A stretch of DNA of 20,000 nucleotides, taken from contig JACPUC010000017.1 in NCBI GenBank assembly GCA_016192455.1, positions 113,581-133,580 of the forward strand, written 5' to 3'. The stretch is from Candidatus Tectimicrobiota bacterium (lineage in GTDB: Bacteria; JACPUC01). Under the pieces are notes generated by a model. The model was not told the origin of the DNA and did no database searches. It was given only the letters and a program-made list of their open reading frames with translations. Positions within the stretch are counted from its first letter, which is position 1. Every line of letters starts with the position of its first letter. Both the position numbers and the translations under genes were made by a program. Of the stretch, positions 8,263 through 16,472 are shown one piece after another.

Positions 8263-9018
8263 ATGCCAATCATCTTGGAAGCGTCCTCCATCTCGAAGAG
8301 TTTCCGTGGCCTGATGGCCATTTCCGACGTGAGCGTGCGGCTCGAGGAGGGCCAGATCACGGGCCTCATTGGACCGAACGGGGCCGGCAAGACGACGCTC
8401 TTCAACATCATCACCGGCGGTATTGCACCCGACCGCGGCACGGTCACCTTCCTCGGCAAGGAGCTCGGCAAGCTCACCCCCGATCGCATCTGCCGCCTCG
8501 GCATCTCCCGCACCTACCAGCTCGTCCGCCCATTCCTCAGCCTGCCGGTCTACCGGAACGTGCTCATCGGAGTCTACTTCGGGCGAGATGGGTACATCAG
8601 CTCCGCGAAGGCGGAGCGCGAGGTGGATGAGCTGCTCGAGTTCGTCGGCTTGCGCGACAAGCGCGCGGCGCGCGCCAGCGAGCTCAACACCGTGGAGCGC
8701 AAGCACCTGGAGATCGCCCGCGCCCTGGCCACCCTGCCGCGCCTCCTGCTCCTCGATGAGGTGGTGGCCGGACTCAATCCCAGCGAGACGAGCGCGGTCA
8801 TGGAGTCCATCCGCGAAATCCGGCGCCGGGGTGTGACGATCTTCCTCATCGAACACGTCATGAAAGTCGTCATGGGGCTCTCCGATCACCTCCTGGTCCT
8901 GCATCACGGCGAGCTCATCGCCGAGGGCAAACCGGAGAAGGTCGCCACTTCGCCAGCCGTGGTGGAGGCCTACCTGGGTCACCGGAGACCCGCCGGAGCC
9001 TACCATGCTGAGGGTTGA
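8263..9018 (+). CDS. livG: ABC ATP-binding protein LivG
   Basis: Walker A GPNGAGKTT, GISRTYQ, LEIARAL, Walker B LLLLDE, IEHVM, VVEAYLG. Confidence 0.96.
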   Translation: MPIILEASSISKSFRGLMAISDVSVRLEEGQITGLIGPNGAGKTTLFNIITGGIAPDRGTVTFLGKELGKLTPDRICRLGISRTYQLVRPFLSLPVYRNVLIGVYFGRDGYISSAKAEREVDELLEFVGLRDKRAARASELNTVERKHLEIARALATLPRLLLLDEVVAGLNPSETSAVMESIREIRRRGVTIFLIEHVMKVVMGLSDHLLVLHHGELIAEGKPEKVATSPAVVEAYLGHRRPAGAYHAEG

Positions 9019-9709
9019 GCAGCTCGCCGTCTCCTACGGCATCATTCCGGCGGTGCACGACGTCTCCCTGACGGTCAATGAGAAGGAGATCGTCTCGCTC
9101 ATCGGCGCCAATGGAGCCGGTAAGACCACCACCCTGAACGCCATCTCCGGAGTTCTGCCGATTCGCAGCGGGCGGGTGTTCTTCGATGGGCAGGAGCTGA
9201 CGGGGGCGGGCTCGCACCGGATCGTGGAACGCGGCCTCATCCAGATTCCGGAGGAGCGTCATCTCTTCCCGGACATGAGTGTTGCCGAGAACCTGGAAAT
9301 GGGGGCCTTCTCAGCCGAGGCGCGCCACCTGGCGCGGCGGACGCTTGCCTGGGTGCACGAGCTCTTCCCCCGCCTCCATGAGCGCCGCTCGCAGCTTGCC
9401 GGCACGCTAAGCGGCGGGGAGCAGCAGATGCTGGCGATCGGTCGCGGCCTCATGGCGCGGCCGAAGCTCCTCATGCTAGACGAGCCCTCCCTCGGCCTGG
9501 CACCACTCATCGTCGACGACCTCTTCCGCATCATGGTGGAGATCAACCGCTCCGACGTAGCGATCCTCCTGGTCGAGCAGAATGCCGCCCAGGCCCTGGA
9601 GACCTCGCACCGCGCCTACGTCATGGAGAATGGCCGCATCACCCTGGCCGGCGAGGCCCAGGCCCTGCTCGAGGATGAGCAGGTGCGCGCCGCGTACCTG
9701 GGCATCTGA
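9005..9709 (+). CDS. livF: ABC ATP-binding protein LivF
   Basis: GANGAGKTT, FPRL.ERR.QLAGTLSGGEQQMLAIGR, LMLDEPSLGLAP, LLVEQN, VRAAYLG. Overlaps the livG end by 14 nt. Confidence 0.97.
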   Translation: MLRVEQLAVSYGIIPAVHDVSLTVNEKEIVSLIGANGAGKTTTLNAISGVLPIRSGRVFFDGQELTGAGSHRIVERGLIQIPEERHLFPDMSVAENLEMGAFSAEARHLARRTLAWVHELFPRLHERRSQLAGTLSGGEQQMLAIGRGLMARPKLLMLDEPSLGLAPLIVDDLFRIMVEINRSDVAILLVEQNAAQALETSHRAYVMENGRITLAGEAQALLEDEQVRAAYLGI

Positions 9710-9745
9710 GAGCATCTTCCCGCAAGCGCGCCCGAAAACAGATGG

Positions 9746-9764
9746 GGGGGATCATTGATCCCCC
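9746..9764. repeat. Palindrome GGGGGATCA-T-TGATCCCCC (copy 1), between convergent genes
   Basis: Perfect 9-bp arms around a 1-nt centre. Near-identical copy at 15031-15048. Confidence 0.8.
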
Positions 9765-9805
9765 GCACCACCTCGTTCCTCCTTTTGCCCGCACCTGCCT
9801 CCCCC

Positions 9806-11116
9806 CTACCCGACCCCGCACCAGCTCATGATGAAGGCCGCCGTGGCCTTGATGGTGCTGAGGTATTCTTCCATATCGAGCCACTCATCGGCGCCGTGGA
9901 AGTTGGCGCCGGTGGCGCCGAAGGAGATGGCGGGCGTCTTTGTGTAGTTGTTGAAGAAGCGGATGTCGCTCCCCGTGGGGATGCCGCTGACGATCGGCGC
10001 GCTGCCGGTGTAGCTCTCGATGGCCCGCTTGCTCAAGGTGACGATGTCGTCAGTCTCCGGGACCTGGCTGGGCGTGAAGCGGATGTCGCCCCAGACGATG
10101 CGCGGCGGGTTGCGGCGCAGCCAGGGGTCGCCCTGGGCGACGCGCTCCACCGCGGCGCTGATCTCCTGCTTCACGTCCTCCTCGCGCTCGCCGGGGGGGT
10201 ACTGCGCCGTGGCCGTCACCACGCAGGCCTCGGGCGTGGCGAGGTAGTAGCCGCTGCCCTTGATGCGGGCGACGCTCGGGCAGATGCAGGTGGCGTTGCC
10301 GTAGAGGCGGTCGTAGATGTCGCAAGAGACGCGCTTGCGGCGCTCGACCCCAAGCTGGCGCAGGGCGAGGACGATCTCGGCGGCCCACTCGATGGCGTTG
10401 CCCTCCTCGCGATCCATGACGTAGAAGAGGGGCGAGGTGGGGAAGCCGGGGACGTGCACGTCGAAGGTGAGGATGCCGAGGTTGGCGATGTTGAGCTGGC
10501 GCATGCCGGTGTCGATGGGGTGGCCGTAGAAGGCGCCGTCCCCCTGCACGCCGTCGAGGATGCAGGCCATGATGCCGGGCACGCCGCCGACCTCCTCCTC
10601 GATGGTGCTGGCGAAGGTGAGGTCGCCGCGCAGCGGGATGCGGGCGCCGCGCAGGGCCGTGAGGGCCATGAGGTTCTGCACCACGCCGGCCTTGTCGTCA
10701 GCCGCGCCGCGGCCGTACAGGCGCCCGTTCTCGATGCCGCCGGCGAAGGGGTCGTGCGTCCACTTCTCGGGCGCGAAGATGGGCACCGTGTCGATGTGCG
10801 CGAAGAGGACGAGGGAGCGCCCGCCGCCGCTGCCGGGGGCGTTGCCGACGATGTTCGGGCGCTCCTCGAGGGCCTGCATGTAAGGCATCTCGTAGCAGTT
10901 GTACTCGGGGTGGGCGCGCAGCGCCTCGCGGTTGCCGACGATGCGGCGCGTCGCCAGCCCCAGCTTCTGCAGCTCCGCCTCGATGAGGCGCTGCGCCTCC
11001 CCCTCGATGGTGGTGAAGCTCTTGATGGCGATGAGCCGGCGCAACAGCCCGAAGATGTCGTCGCGGTGGTCGTCGATGTAGGACTCGGTGCGCTTCCTGG
11101 CTTCGTTGATGTCCAT
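9806..11116 (-). CDS. M20 family metallo-amidohydrolase (ArgE/DapE-like)
   Basis: RPNIVG...GSGGGRSL..FAHIDTVP, W.HDPF.G.IENGRLYGRGAADDKAG, IEEEVGG, GSDIRFF, NFHGADE. GGGGAGG RBS. Confidence 0.93.
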   Translation of the reverse strand: MDINEARKRTESYIDDHRDDIFGLLRRLIAIKSFTTIEGEAQRLIEAELQKLGLATRRIVGNREALRAHPEYNCYEMPYMQALEERPNIVGNAPGSGGGRSLVLFAHIDTVPIFAPEKWTHDPFAGGIENGRLYGRGAADDKAGVVQNLMALTALRGARIPLRGDLTFASTIEEEVGGVPGIMACILDGVQGDGAFYGHPIDTGMRQLNIANLGILTFDVHVPGFPTSPLFYVMDREEGNAIEWAAEIVLALRQLGVERRKRVSCDIYDRLYGNATCICPSVARIKGSGYYLATPEACVVTATAQYPPGEREEDVKQEISAAVERVAQGDPWLRRNPPRIVWGDIRFTPSQVPETDDIVTLSKRAIESYTGSAPIVSGIPTGSDIRFFNNYTKTPAISFGATGANFHGADEWLDMEEYLSTIKATAAFIMSWCGVG

Positions 11117-11140
11117 ACGGCCCTCCCCTGAACCACACCC

Positions 11141-11281
11141 CTAGGCGCTGCGCTGGCGGTACACCGAGAACTCATGCGCGCAGTAGGGACAGTGGCAGTA
11201 GGCATCGGGGACCTCGAAGAACTCGGGGTCCACGTAGAAGGTCTCTTCGCAGCGTGGGCAGTTGACGTAGACGAGGTTCAT
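11141..11281 (-). CDS. 46-aa zinc-ribbon protein (below the ORF track size cutoff)
   Basis: Manual translation MNLVYVNCPRCEETFYVDPEFFEVPDAYCHCPYCAHEFSVYRQRSA*, with CPRC-x19-CPYC. GAGGAG RBS overlaps the upstream TGA. GC-rich third positions. Fills the gap between the UbiD and M20 genes. Confidence 0.88.
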   Translation of the reverse strand: MNLVYVNCPRCEETFYVDPEFFEVPDAYCHCPYCAHEFSVYRQRSA

Positions 11282-11292
11282 GGCGGCGCTCC

Positions 11293-12714
11293 TCAGCCGT
11301 AACGCTCGTACGGGATGTTCGTCAGCCGGTCGCGCGGGATGAAGTTCTCCAGGTCGATCTTCTCCATGACATCCTGGGGCACCGAGAGCTTGCGCGCGAA
11401 GCGCCGCGGGTCCACCGGTTTGGTGCAGTCGAAGCCGGTCTTCGTGCCCAGTTCGCTGGGGCGGCTGGGATCAAGGGTGGGGGCCGGCAACCCCGGCAAG
11501 ACGACGATGTCGCGGTCGCCCTGGAAGCGGGTGGCGAAGGCCTGCATCACCTGCTGCTCGTCGAAGATATCGACATCGGTGTCGAAGACCCAGGCGTGCT
11601 TCACCAGGTGGTGCGAGGTGAGGGCTTCGACGAGGGCGATCTTGCTGCTCCCCTCGACGAGCTTGTCGATCTGCAGGTAGAGGTGGAACTGGCCGCAGCC
11701 GGACATGGGAGCGTAGACGTTGGTGATCGTCGGCACGGCGCGGCGCACCTTCTCGTAGGCGGCCCCCTCGCGCGTCAGCGAGCCGAGGCAGTGCGAGTGC
11801 CCCACCATGAGGTCGTACCAGTGGGCGCCGGCGCGGTGCGTCACCGCTGTCACCTCGAGGTACGGGTTCCAGCGCTGCGGGCCGCTGTAGCGGGTGTACT
11901 CGCCGAAGGGGCCTTCGGGACGGCGCTTGCCGGCCATCAGGTGGCCCTCGATGACGAACTCGGCGTCCGCCGGCACCAGGAAGTCGTCGCCCAGGGTCTC
12001 CGACGGCACCAGTCGCAGGGGTTGGCCCAGCATGCCGCCGGCGGCCGCGAAGTGGCTATCGGTGAGGGGGATGCGCGTCTCGCAACCGAGGATGACGAGA
12101 GGGTGGGCACCCACCCAGTAGGCCACCCGCAGGTCCTCCCGGCGGCGCTCGTGCAGGGCGAAGATGTGGCCGTTGTGGGTGCTCGCTTCGAGCAGGACGC
12201 GAATCTCCCGCGGGCCGTGGATCCAGCCGCGGTGCAGGGCCGAGTTGTCGGTGCCGTACTCCGGGTGGTAGCAGGTGAGAAAGCCGCCGCTGATGTAGGG
12301 CCCCGGGTCCATGTCGTGGTGGACGAGGGCCGGCAGTTTCGTCAGGTCTATCTCGTCGCCGCGCGCCACGACCTCCTTCACCGGCGCCTGGGCGCGCTTC
12401 ACGACCACCGGCTGCCGGCGCTGGTGGCTGCGCTCGTAGGTGATGATCCCCAGCCGCTCGGCAGGGGCCTGCATCAGCTCCGCCAGGCGCCGCCGGCTCG
12501 ACATGAGGTAGGTGACGAGCGGAAACGCCGACGGCTCCCCGGCCTCGGTGCGCACGTTCTCGAAGACGAGGATGGGAAAGCGTTTCTCGCGCTCGAGCTT
12601 GGTGGCGAGCGCGGTCACCTGGTAGCGCGCCTGGACGGGCTGCGCGATGCGCACCACGTCCTCCGGGTGGCGCTCCTCCCAGAATGCCAGGAACGATTGC
12701 AGATCAGCCGACAT
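11293..12714 (-). CDS. UbiD family prFMN-dependent (de)carboxylase
   Basis: DLQSFL..., P.LVFENV, APVKEVV, IDLTKLP...HH.MD.GPYI, N..LHR, VPADAEFVIEG, EGPFGEYTRY, DTDVDIFD..QV..AFATRFQGDRD, LDPS, KTGFDCTKP. GGGGAG RBS before ATG 12714. Confidence 0.95.
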   Translation of the reverse strand: MSADLQSFLAFWEERHPEDVVRIAQPVQARYQVTALATKLEREKRFPILVFENVRTEAGEPSAFPLVTYLMSSRRRLAELMQAPAERLGIITYERSHQRRQPVVVKRAQAPVKEVVARGDEIDLTKLPALVHHDMDPGPYISGGFLTCYHPEYGTDNSALHRGWIHGPREIRVLLEASTHNGHIFALHERRREDLRVAYWVGAHPLVILGCETRIPLTDSHFAAAGGMLGQPLRLVPSETLGDDFLVPADAEFVIEGHLMAGKRRPEGPFGEYTRYSGPQRWNPYLEVTAVTHRAGAHWYDLMVGHSHCLGSLTREGAAYEKVRRAVPTITNVYAPMSGCGQFHLYLQIDKLVEGSSKIALVEALTSHHLVKHAWVFDTDVDIFDEQQVMQAFATRFQGDRDIVVLPGLPAPTLDPSRPSELGTKTGFDCTKPVDPRRFARKLSVPQDVMEKIDLENFIPRDRLTNIPYERYG

Positions 12715-12858
12715 CTCATCTCCCCTAAGCGCCGCCACGCACCACCGCGAGCGGCTGCCGCCGTGCATCTTCGCACGAAACCCCCGCGAGGGAACACCGC
12801 CCCCTTACTCGTCCGGCTGCCAATCCCGAATCGCGTCGATGAGCTCTGAGACGCCCCC

Positions 12859-14742
12859 CTAGCTGGTCAGCCCTTTCACGAGCTCCTTCGTCTCGCCCTC
12901 GACATCTTTCAGGAACTTCTCCTCAATGCCGTAGACACCCTCCTTGCCGCTGCTGCGGACGTAGTAGAGCTTCTTCTCCCCCTTCTTCTCCGGCATGGGG
13001 TTGCCGATGGTGATGGTGCCCACCTCCTTGCCGCCGGCGCCCCACAAGGTCGCCTTTGCCTTCGGCCGGTCGAAGCCGTAGTCGCCGGCGCCGGCGCCGC
13101 TCTTTTCAACAATCGCCGCAAACTCGGCGTCACCCAGTTGGTAGAGCAGCCCCGCCCCCTTCCAGCTCGGCAGGCGCGCCTCCTTCGGGCGCCGGAGCTC
13201 CCACTCGCTGCCGGCCCGCTTCAGCTCGTAAGTCTCGCCGTCGAAGAGGAGAGAGACCCGTTCGATGTCGGCGTTCTTGAAGACCCACAGCTTCTTGAAC
13301 CGCATCATCATCGCATCGCGGTTGAAGACGGGCTCCATATCCTTCGCCTTCAAGCCGATGACGTTCTTCCATCCCGTCATGGTGGCGTAGACGAGATTCC
13401 CGTCGGCTGACTTCGCGCCGATACGCAGCTCCTGGGGCTCCTTTCGCCCCTCGATCTTGACCCGGTACCAGCGGCTCGGTTTGTCGAGGCCATAGGCGGC
13501 GAGGTCCTGTGGCTGCTCGTCGACGAAGGCCGCCGCCTCGATGTCGGCGAGGTCCCAGAGGAAGCTGCTGATGCGCACCTCGTCCGCCTTCACCGCGTCG
13601 GGGGCCAGCATCTCCCAGTCGTCCTTCCCCTTCTTGCGCACCTGCACACGCTCGCCGGCCGCCTCGAACTCCAGCTCCGTCACCTTGTCGCGCTCGAACT
13701 CGAAGGTCTTGCGGTGCCGCAGGCTCGCCACCTCCTTCGGCAGCTTCTCGATGAACTTCTCGTCCATGAGGAGAACCTGCTTGCTGCCGGAGCGCCGCGC
13801 GTACACCCCCTTCTTCTTCTCATCGAAGCGCCCCAGGAGGAAGGACGCCTGATCATCGCCGGCGCGCAGGTCCACCCTCACCTTCGGCGCCTCGAGGCCA
13901 TAGGGCGCCAGCTCGTCGGTGGACTCGCTGCTGAACTCCTTCACCTTGGCTTCCTTAAGGAGCTTGATGAGGTCCTCCACATCCCGCTGCGAAGCATCCG
14001 CCGCGAGCGGCACGCTGAGGTGCCATGCGGAGCCCTTGCCCGGCAACGTCGCGGTCGCGCCGCTCGGCGCCTCTGTCTTCGGCTGCGGCTCCTTGCCGGC
14101 GTCGGGTTTCGCCGCAGCGCCGGAAGGCGCGCCGCCGTGCCGCAGGACAATGCGCGTCTCCCCCACGTTGAGCTCGATCTCCTGCAGACGCTCCGGGGCG
14201 AAGTGGAGGAGCGCCTTGTCGCGCAGATCATAGACCCCCCTGTTGAGGCTGGCGTAGAGGGAGGTTGGAGCCAGCTCGACGGCCTTCGCGCCGTCAGCGA
14301 GCATGTAGACCCCAGCCCCCGCGGGGTTCTCCGCGCCGATCGCCAGGGTGCGAGGTTTCTCTTCTCCGTCGATGGTGAGGGAGAGCGTGAGGCGCGGCTT
14401 CTCGAGGCCGTAAGGTTGCAGGTCGGTTACGTCCTCCTTGACGTAGCGGCTGCGCTTCTGCGTGGCGACCGTCTTCAGGAAGGCTTCGATCGCCTCCTTG
14501 TCCCCCGGCGTTGCGAGGGGGGCAGTGAGTTTCCAGCCGCCGGCGCTGGACTCGATGGTGAGAGCCTGATCTTTCCCCTGGAGGGTAAGCTGTTTCACCT
14601 TCGCCGTATCGAAGTTCAGGACGCGCTCGCTCCGGTCCTTCGCCTCCTGGCGAGCTTTCCCACCGCGCACCTCGTAGAAATAGTAGAAGAGGAGCAGGCA
14701 CGCCAACACCGCCGCAAAGATGATCGTCTTCTTGGAATTCAC
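12859..14742 (-). CDS. Membrane-anchored protein with three DUF4340-like repeats
   Basis: GTG start at 14742 after AGGAGG. N-terminal TM segment (TIIFAAVLACLLLFYYFY). Three repeats of W....P....(A/G)D ... (L..)YG(L/F)(E/D).P ... IG/LG ... Y. The ORF-track extension to 15072 is not protein-like. Confidence 0.85.
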   Translation of the reverse strand: MNSKKTIIFAAVLACLLLFYYFYEVRGGKARQEAKDRSERVLNFDTAKVKQLTLQGKDQALTIESSAGGWKLTAPLATPGDKEAIEAFLKTVATQKRSRYVKEDVTDLQPYGLEKPRLTLSLTIDGEEKPRTLAIGAENPAGAGVYMLADGAKAVELAPTSLYASLNRGVYDLRDKALLHFAPERLQEIELNVGETRIVLRHGGAPSGAAAKPDAGKEPQPKTEAPSGATATLPGKGSAWHLSVPLAADASQRDVEDLIKLLKEAKVKEFSSESTDELAPYGLEAPKVRVDLRAGDDQASFLLGRFDEKKKGVYARRSGSKQVLLMDEKFIEKLPKEVASLRHRKTFEFERDKVTELEFEAAGERVQVRKKGKDDWEMLAPDAVKADEVRISSFLWDLADIEAAAFVDEQPQDLAAYGLDKPSRWYRVKIEGRKEPQELRIGAKSADGNLVYATMTGWKNVIGLKAKDMEPVFNRDAMMMRFKKLWVFKNADIERVSLLFDGETYELKRAGSEWELRRPKEARLPSWKGAGLLYQLGDAEFAAIVEKSGAGAGDYGFDRPKAKATLWGAGGKEVGTITIGNPMPEKKGEKKLYYVRSSGKEGVYGIEEKFLKDVEGETKELVKGLTS

Positions 14743-15030
14743 CGCCTCGTCCCTCCTGGAAGACGTCCCCAACACTCCGGTGGGGTGGTGGAGATGTTCG
14801 CCAGAAGCGTTCTGTCGACATCGCCTGGATGGGGAGCTTGCCACCCCCCTTGGTCGCCTCGAATCGGGGGCCGCTTCAAGACCGCCATGCACCGAGCGCG
14901 GCGCAAGAAGTCCCCGCTGCTCGGTTCCGTGGAAACCAGGCGCGAGGGGTCCCGGTCCCGAACGTCTCCGCAAATCTGTGTTTGGCGACGCGCCGCCGCG
15001 GCAGTCCGCGCAGGCAGACGCGCCCCTTCC

Positions 15031-15048
15031 GGGGATCAGTGATCCCCC
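15031..15048. repeat. Palindrome GGGGATCA-G-TGATCCCC(C) (copy 2), at the apex of a longer imperfect hairpin 14995-15081
   Basis: 17 of 18 nt identical to 9747-9764. Outer arms GCCGCGGCAGT (14995-15005) and ACTGCCGTGGC (15071-15081). Confidence 0.8.
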
Positions 15049-15185
15049 CACGCGCGGGTACCGCTCCCGCACTGCCGTGGCGCGGCTCCGTGTGATGGTT
15101 CTGGTGGTCTTGGAGCACCCTCCGCCGCTGGCAGCCTGCCGCTTGGAAACGCCATCCCTCCGCAGCGAATTTCCGCCACGCAGCC

Positions 15186-15872
15186 CTACGAGCTTGCCAC
15201 CTGCGCGCCGGCGAGCTGCTGGTAGCGGTCGAGCTTGCGATACAAGGTGCCCAGCCCAATGCCCAGCATCCCCGCCGCCGCAGGCTTATCGCCGTGCAGG
15301 CTCGCCAGGATGCGCTCGATCATCAGGCGCTCCACCTCCTCCAGGGTCATGCCGACCATCACGCCGAGATCAGCCGAATTGGCCCGGCTGCCGGTGATCG
15401 CCTCGACGCCATAGTTGCGGTAGAGCCGCCGCTGCAGGGTGGAGTTCTCGCACACCAGGTGCTGGTGCTCCAGGCCGCGCCGCAGCACCGCCAGGAGCTT
15501 GGGGTAGTGGAAAGGCCGCAGTTGGAAGTCATCGGCCCCTTGGCGCATTGCCTCCGAGGCGAGCTCCAGGTCCTGCTGGCCGGCCAGCAGCATGATGGCG
15601 CAGACCTCCGGGTTGCGCCGTTTCGCCACCTCCAGGAGACGCATCCCGTCCAGGTTGGCTCCCCGCAGTTCCGTGATCATCGCCGCCAACGCTTCCTCGT
15701 CGAGGGCGTTGATCGCCACCTCGGTGCAACTCGCTTCCAGCACCTCGTAGCCAGCCTCGCGCAGCACACCGCGCAGCTCCCTGACAGCCGCATCCTCGCC
15801 CCGCGCCGCCAGGAGGAGCTTGGCGGGGGGCTGTCCCACCGACCCTGGTGATGAGCCGTTCTTCGGCGCCAT
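15186..15872 (-). CDS. Atypical response regulator: degenerate receiver plus Fis-type HTH, no sigma54-activator domain
   Basis: Receiver-like L.EAGYEV.EA....A...L, MITELRGANLDGMRLLE..KRRNP, AMRQGADDFQLRPF; NtrC-type linker ENSTLQRRL...YG.EAITG; then TLEEVERLMIERIL...GDK..AAGMLGIGLGTLYRKL. Start chosen at ATG 15872, which avoids overlap with the upstream gene. Confidence 0.85.
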   Translation of the reverse strand: MAPKNGSSPGSVGQPPAKLLLAARGEDAAVRELRGVLREAGYEVLEASCTEVAINALDEEALAAMITELRGANLDGMRLLEVAKRRNPEVCAIMLLAGQQDLELASEAMRQGADDFQLRPFHYPKLLAVLRRGLEHQHLVCENSTLQRRLYRNYGVEAITGSRANSADLGVMVGMTLEEVERLMIERILASLHGDKPAAAGMLGIGLGTLYRKLDRYQQLAGAQVASS

Positions 15873-15913
15873 GCCGTTCGCCTCGGCCTCCCCCTTGGCC
15901 TGCCGGGGAGGGG

Positions 15914-16240
15914 TTACTTCTTCTTCTGGCTCTCCTCGGTGGGGTCGTAGTCGTAGAGGTGCACGCACTCCTTCCCCTGGCTGAAGTTCTCCAGGCAGAA
16001 CTGCTTACACTTCTCGTCGGTGGCCTCGACCATCCAGACCGTTTTCTTCCAGTAATCGTCCTCTTCGCACCCTTTCTTCGTGGTCACATCCGGGTCTTTC
16101 GACACCACGTAGAGGGGAGTGGCGCCGATGCGATGCATGACGCAGCAGGCATCCTCGGCGGATGCGGCAGGAACGAAGAAGGCCAGGGGACCCGCAACGA
16201 GCAGGAGGAAGAGAACCATGCCCATGACGACGCGATGCAT
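15914..16240 (-). CDS. Small secreted cysteine-rich hypothetical protein (108 aa)
   Basis: GAGGAG RBS, ATG 16240. Signal peptide MHRVVMGMVLFLLLVAGPLAFFVPAASA ending in A-S-A. Mature part has 6 Cys and is charge-rich. Confidence 0.8.
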   Translation of the reverse strand: MHRVVMGMVLFLLLVAGPLAFFVPAASAEDACCVMHRIGATPLYVVSKDPDVTTKKGCEEDDYWKKTVWMVEATDEKCKQFCLENFSQGKECVHLYDYDPTEESQKKK

Positions 16241-16332
16241 ACCGCTTCTCCTCACTAGGCAGCGTGGGACATGAACCTGACTTCGCAGGCCGGACCGAGG
16301 CAGCATAGTCGGGCCACGGCTTTTGGGGAGCT

Positions 16333-16360
16333 ATCGTAGCACACCTTCGCAGTGCCACAA
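16333..16360 (-). promoter_or_regulatory. Candidate extended -10 promoter (TTGTGG-N16-TACGAT, TG just upstream of -10)
   Basis: Minus strand reads ttgtggcactgcgaaggtgTGcTACGAT, about 90 nt upstream of the Cys-rich gene. Confidence 0.35.
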
Positions 16361-16472
16361 ACCGCAAGGGTTGCCCCCCGATACCCAGGCGCCAGACCGC
16401 CCTGACCGGATGGGCCTCACCACGGCGGCGGGCGGAGAGGGGGCGCCGCGTCTCTTCGGCCACGAGGCGTTG

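Noticed and set aside
14825-14882. Sigma32-like CTTGAA and CCCCAT on the minus strand upstream of DUF4340
   Set aside because: The elements are about 40 nt apart, far from the 13-16-nt spacing required.
14743-15072. 110-aa N-terminal extension of the DUF4340 ORF
   Set aside because: Low-complexity Arg/Gly/Pro sequence crossing a palindrome; GTG 14742 has a good RBS and begins the TM anchor.
16338-16358. Sigma54 promoter from minus-strand TGGCAC...TGC
   Set aside because: The GC does not fall at the fixed -24/-12 spacing.
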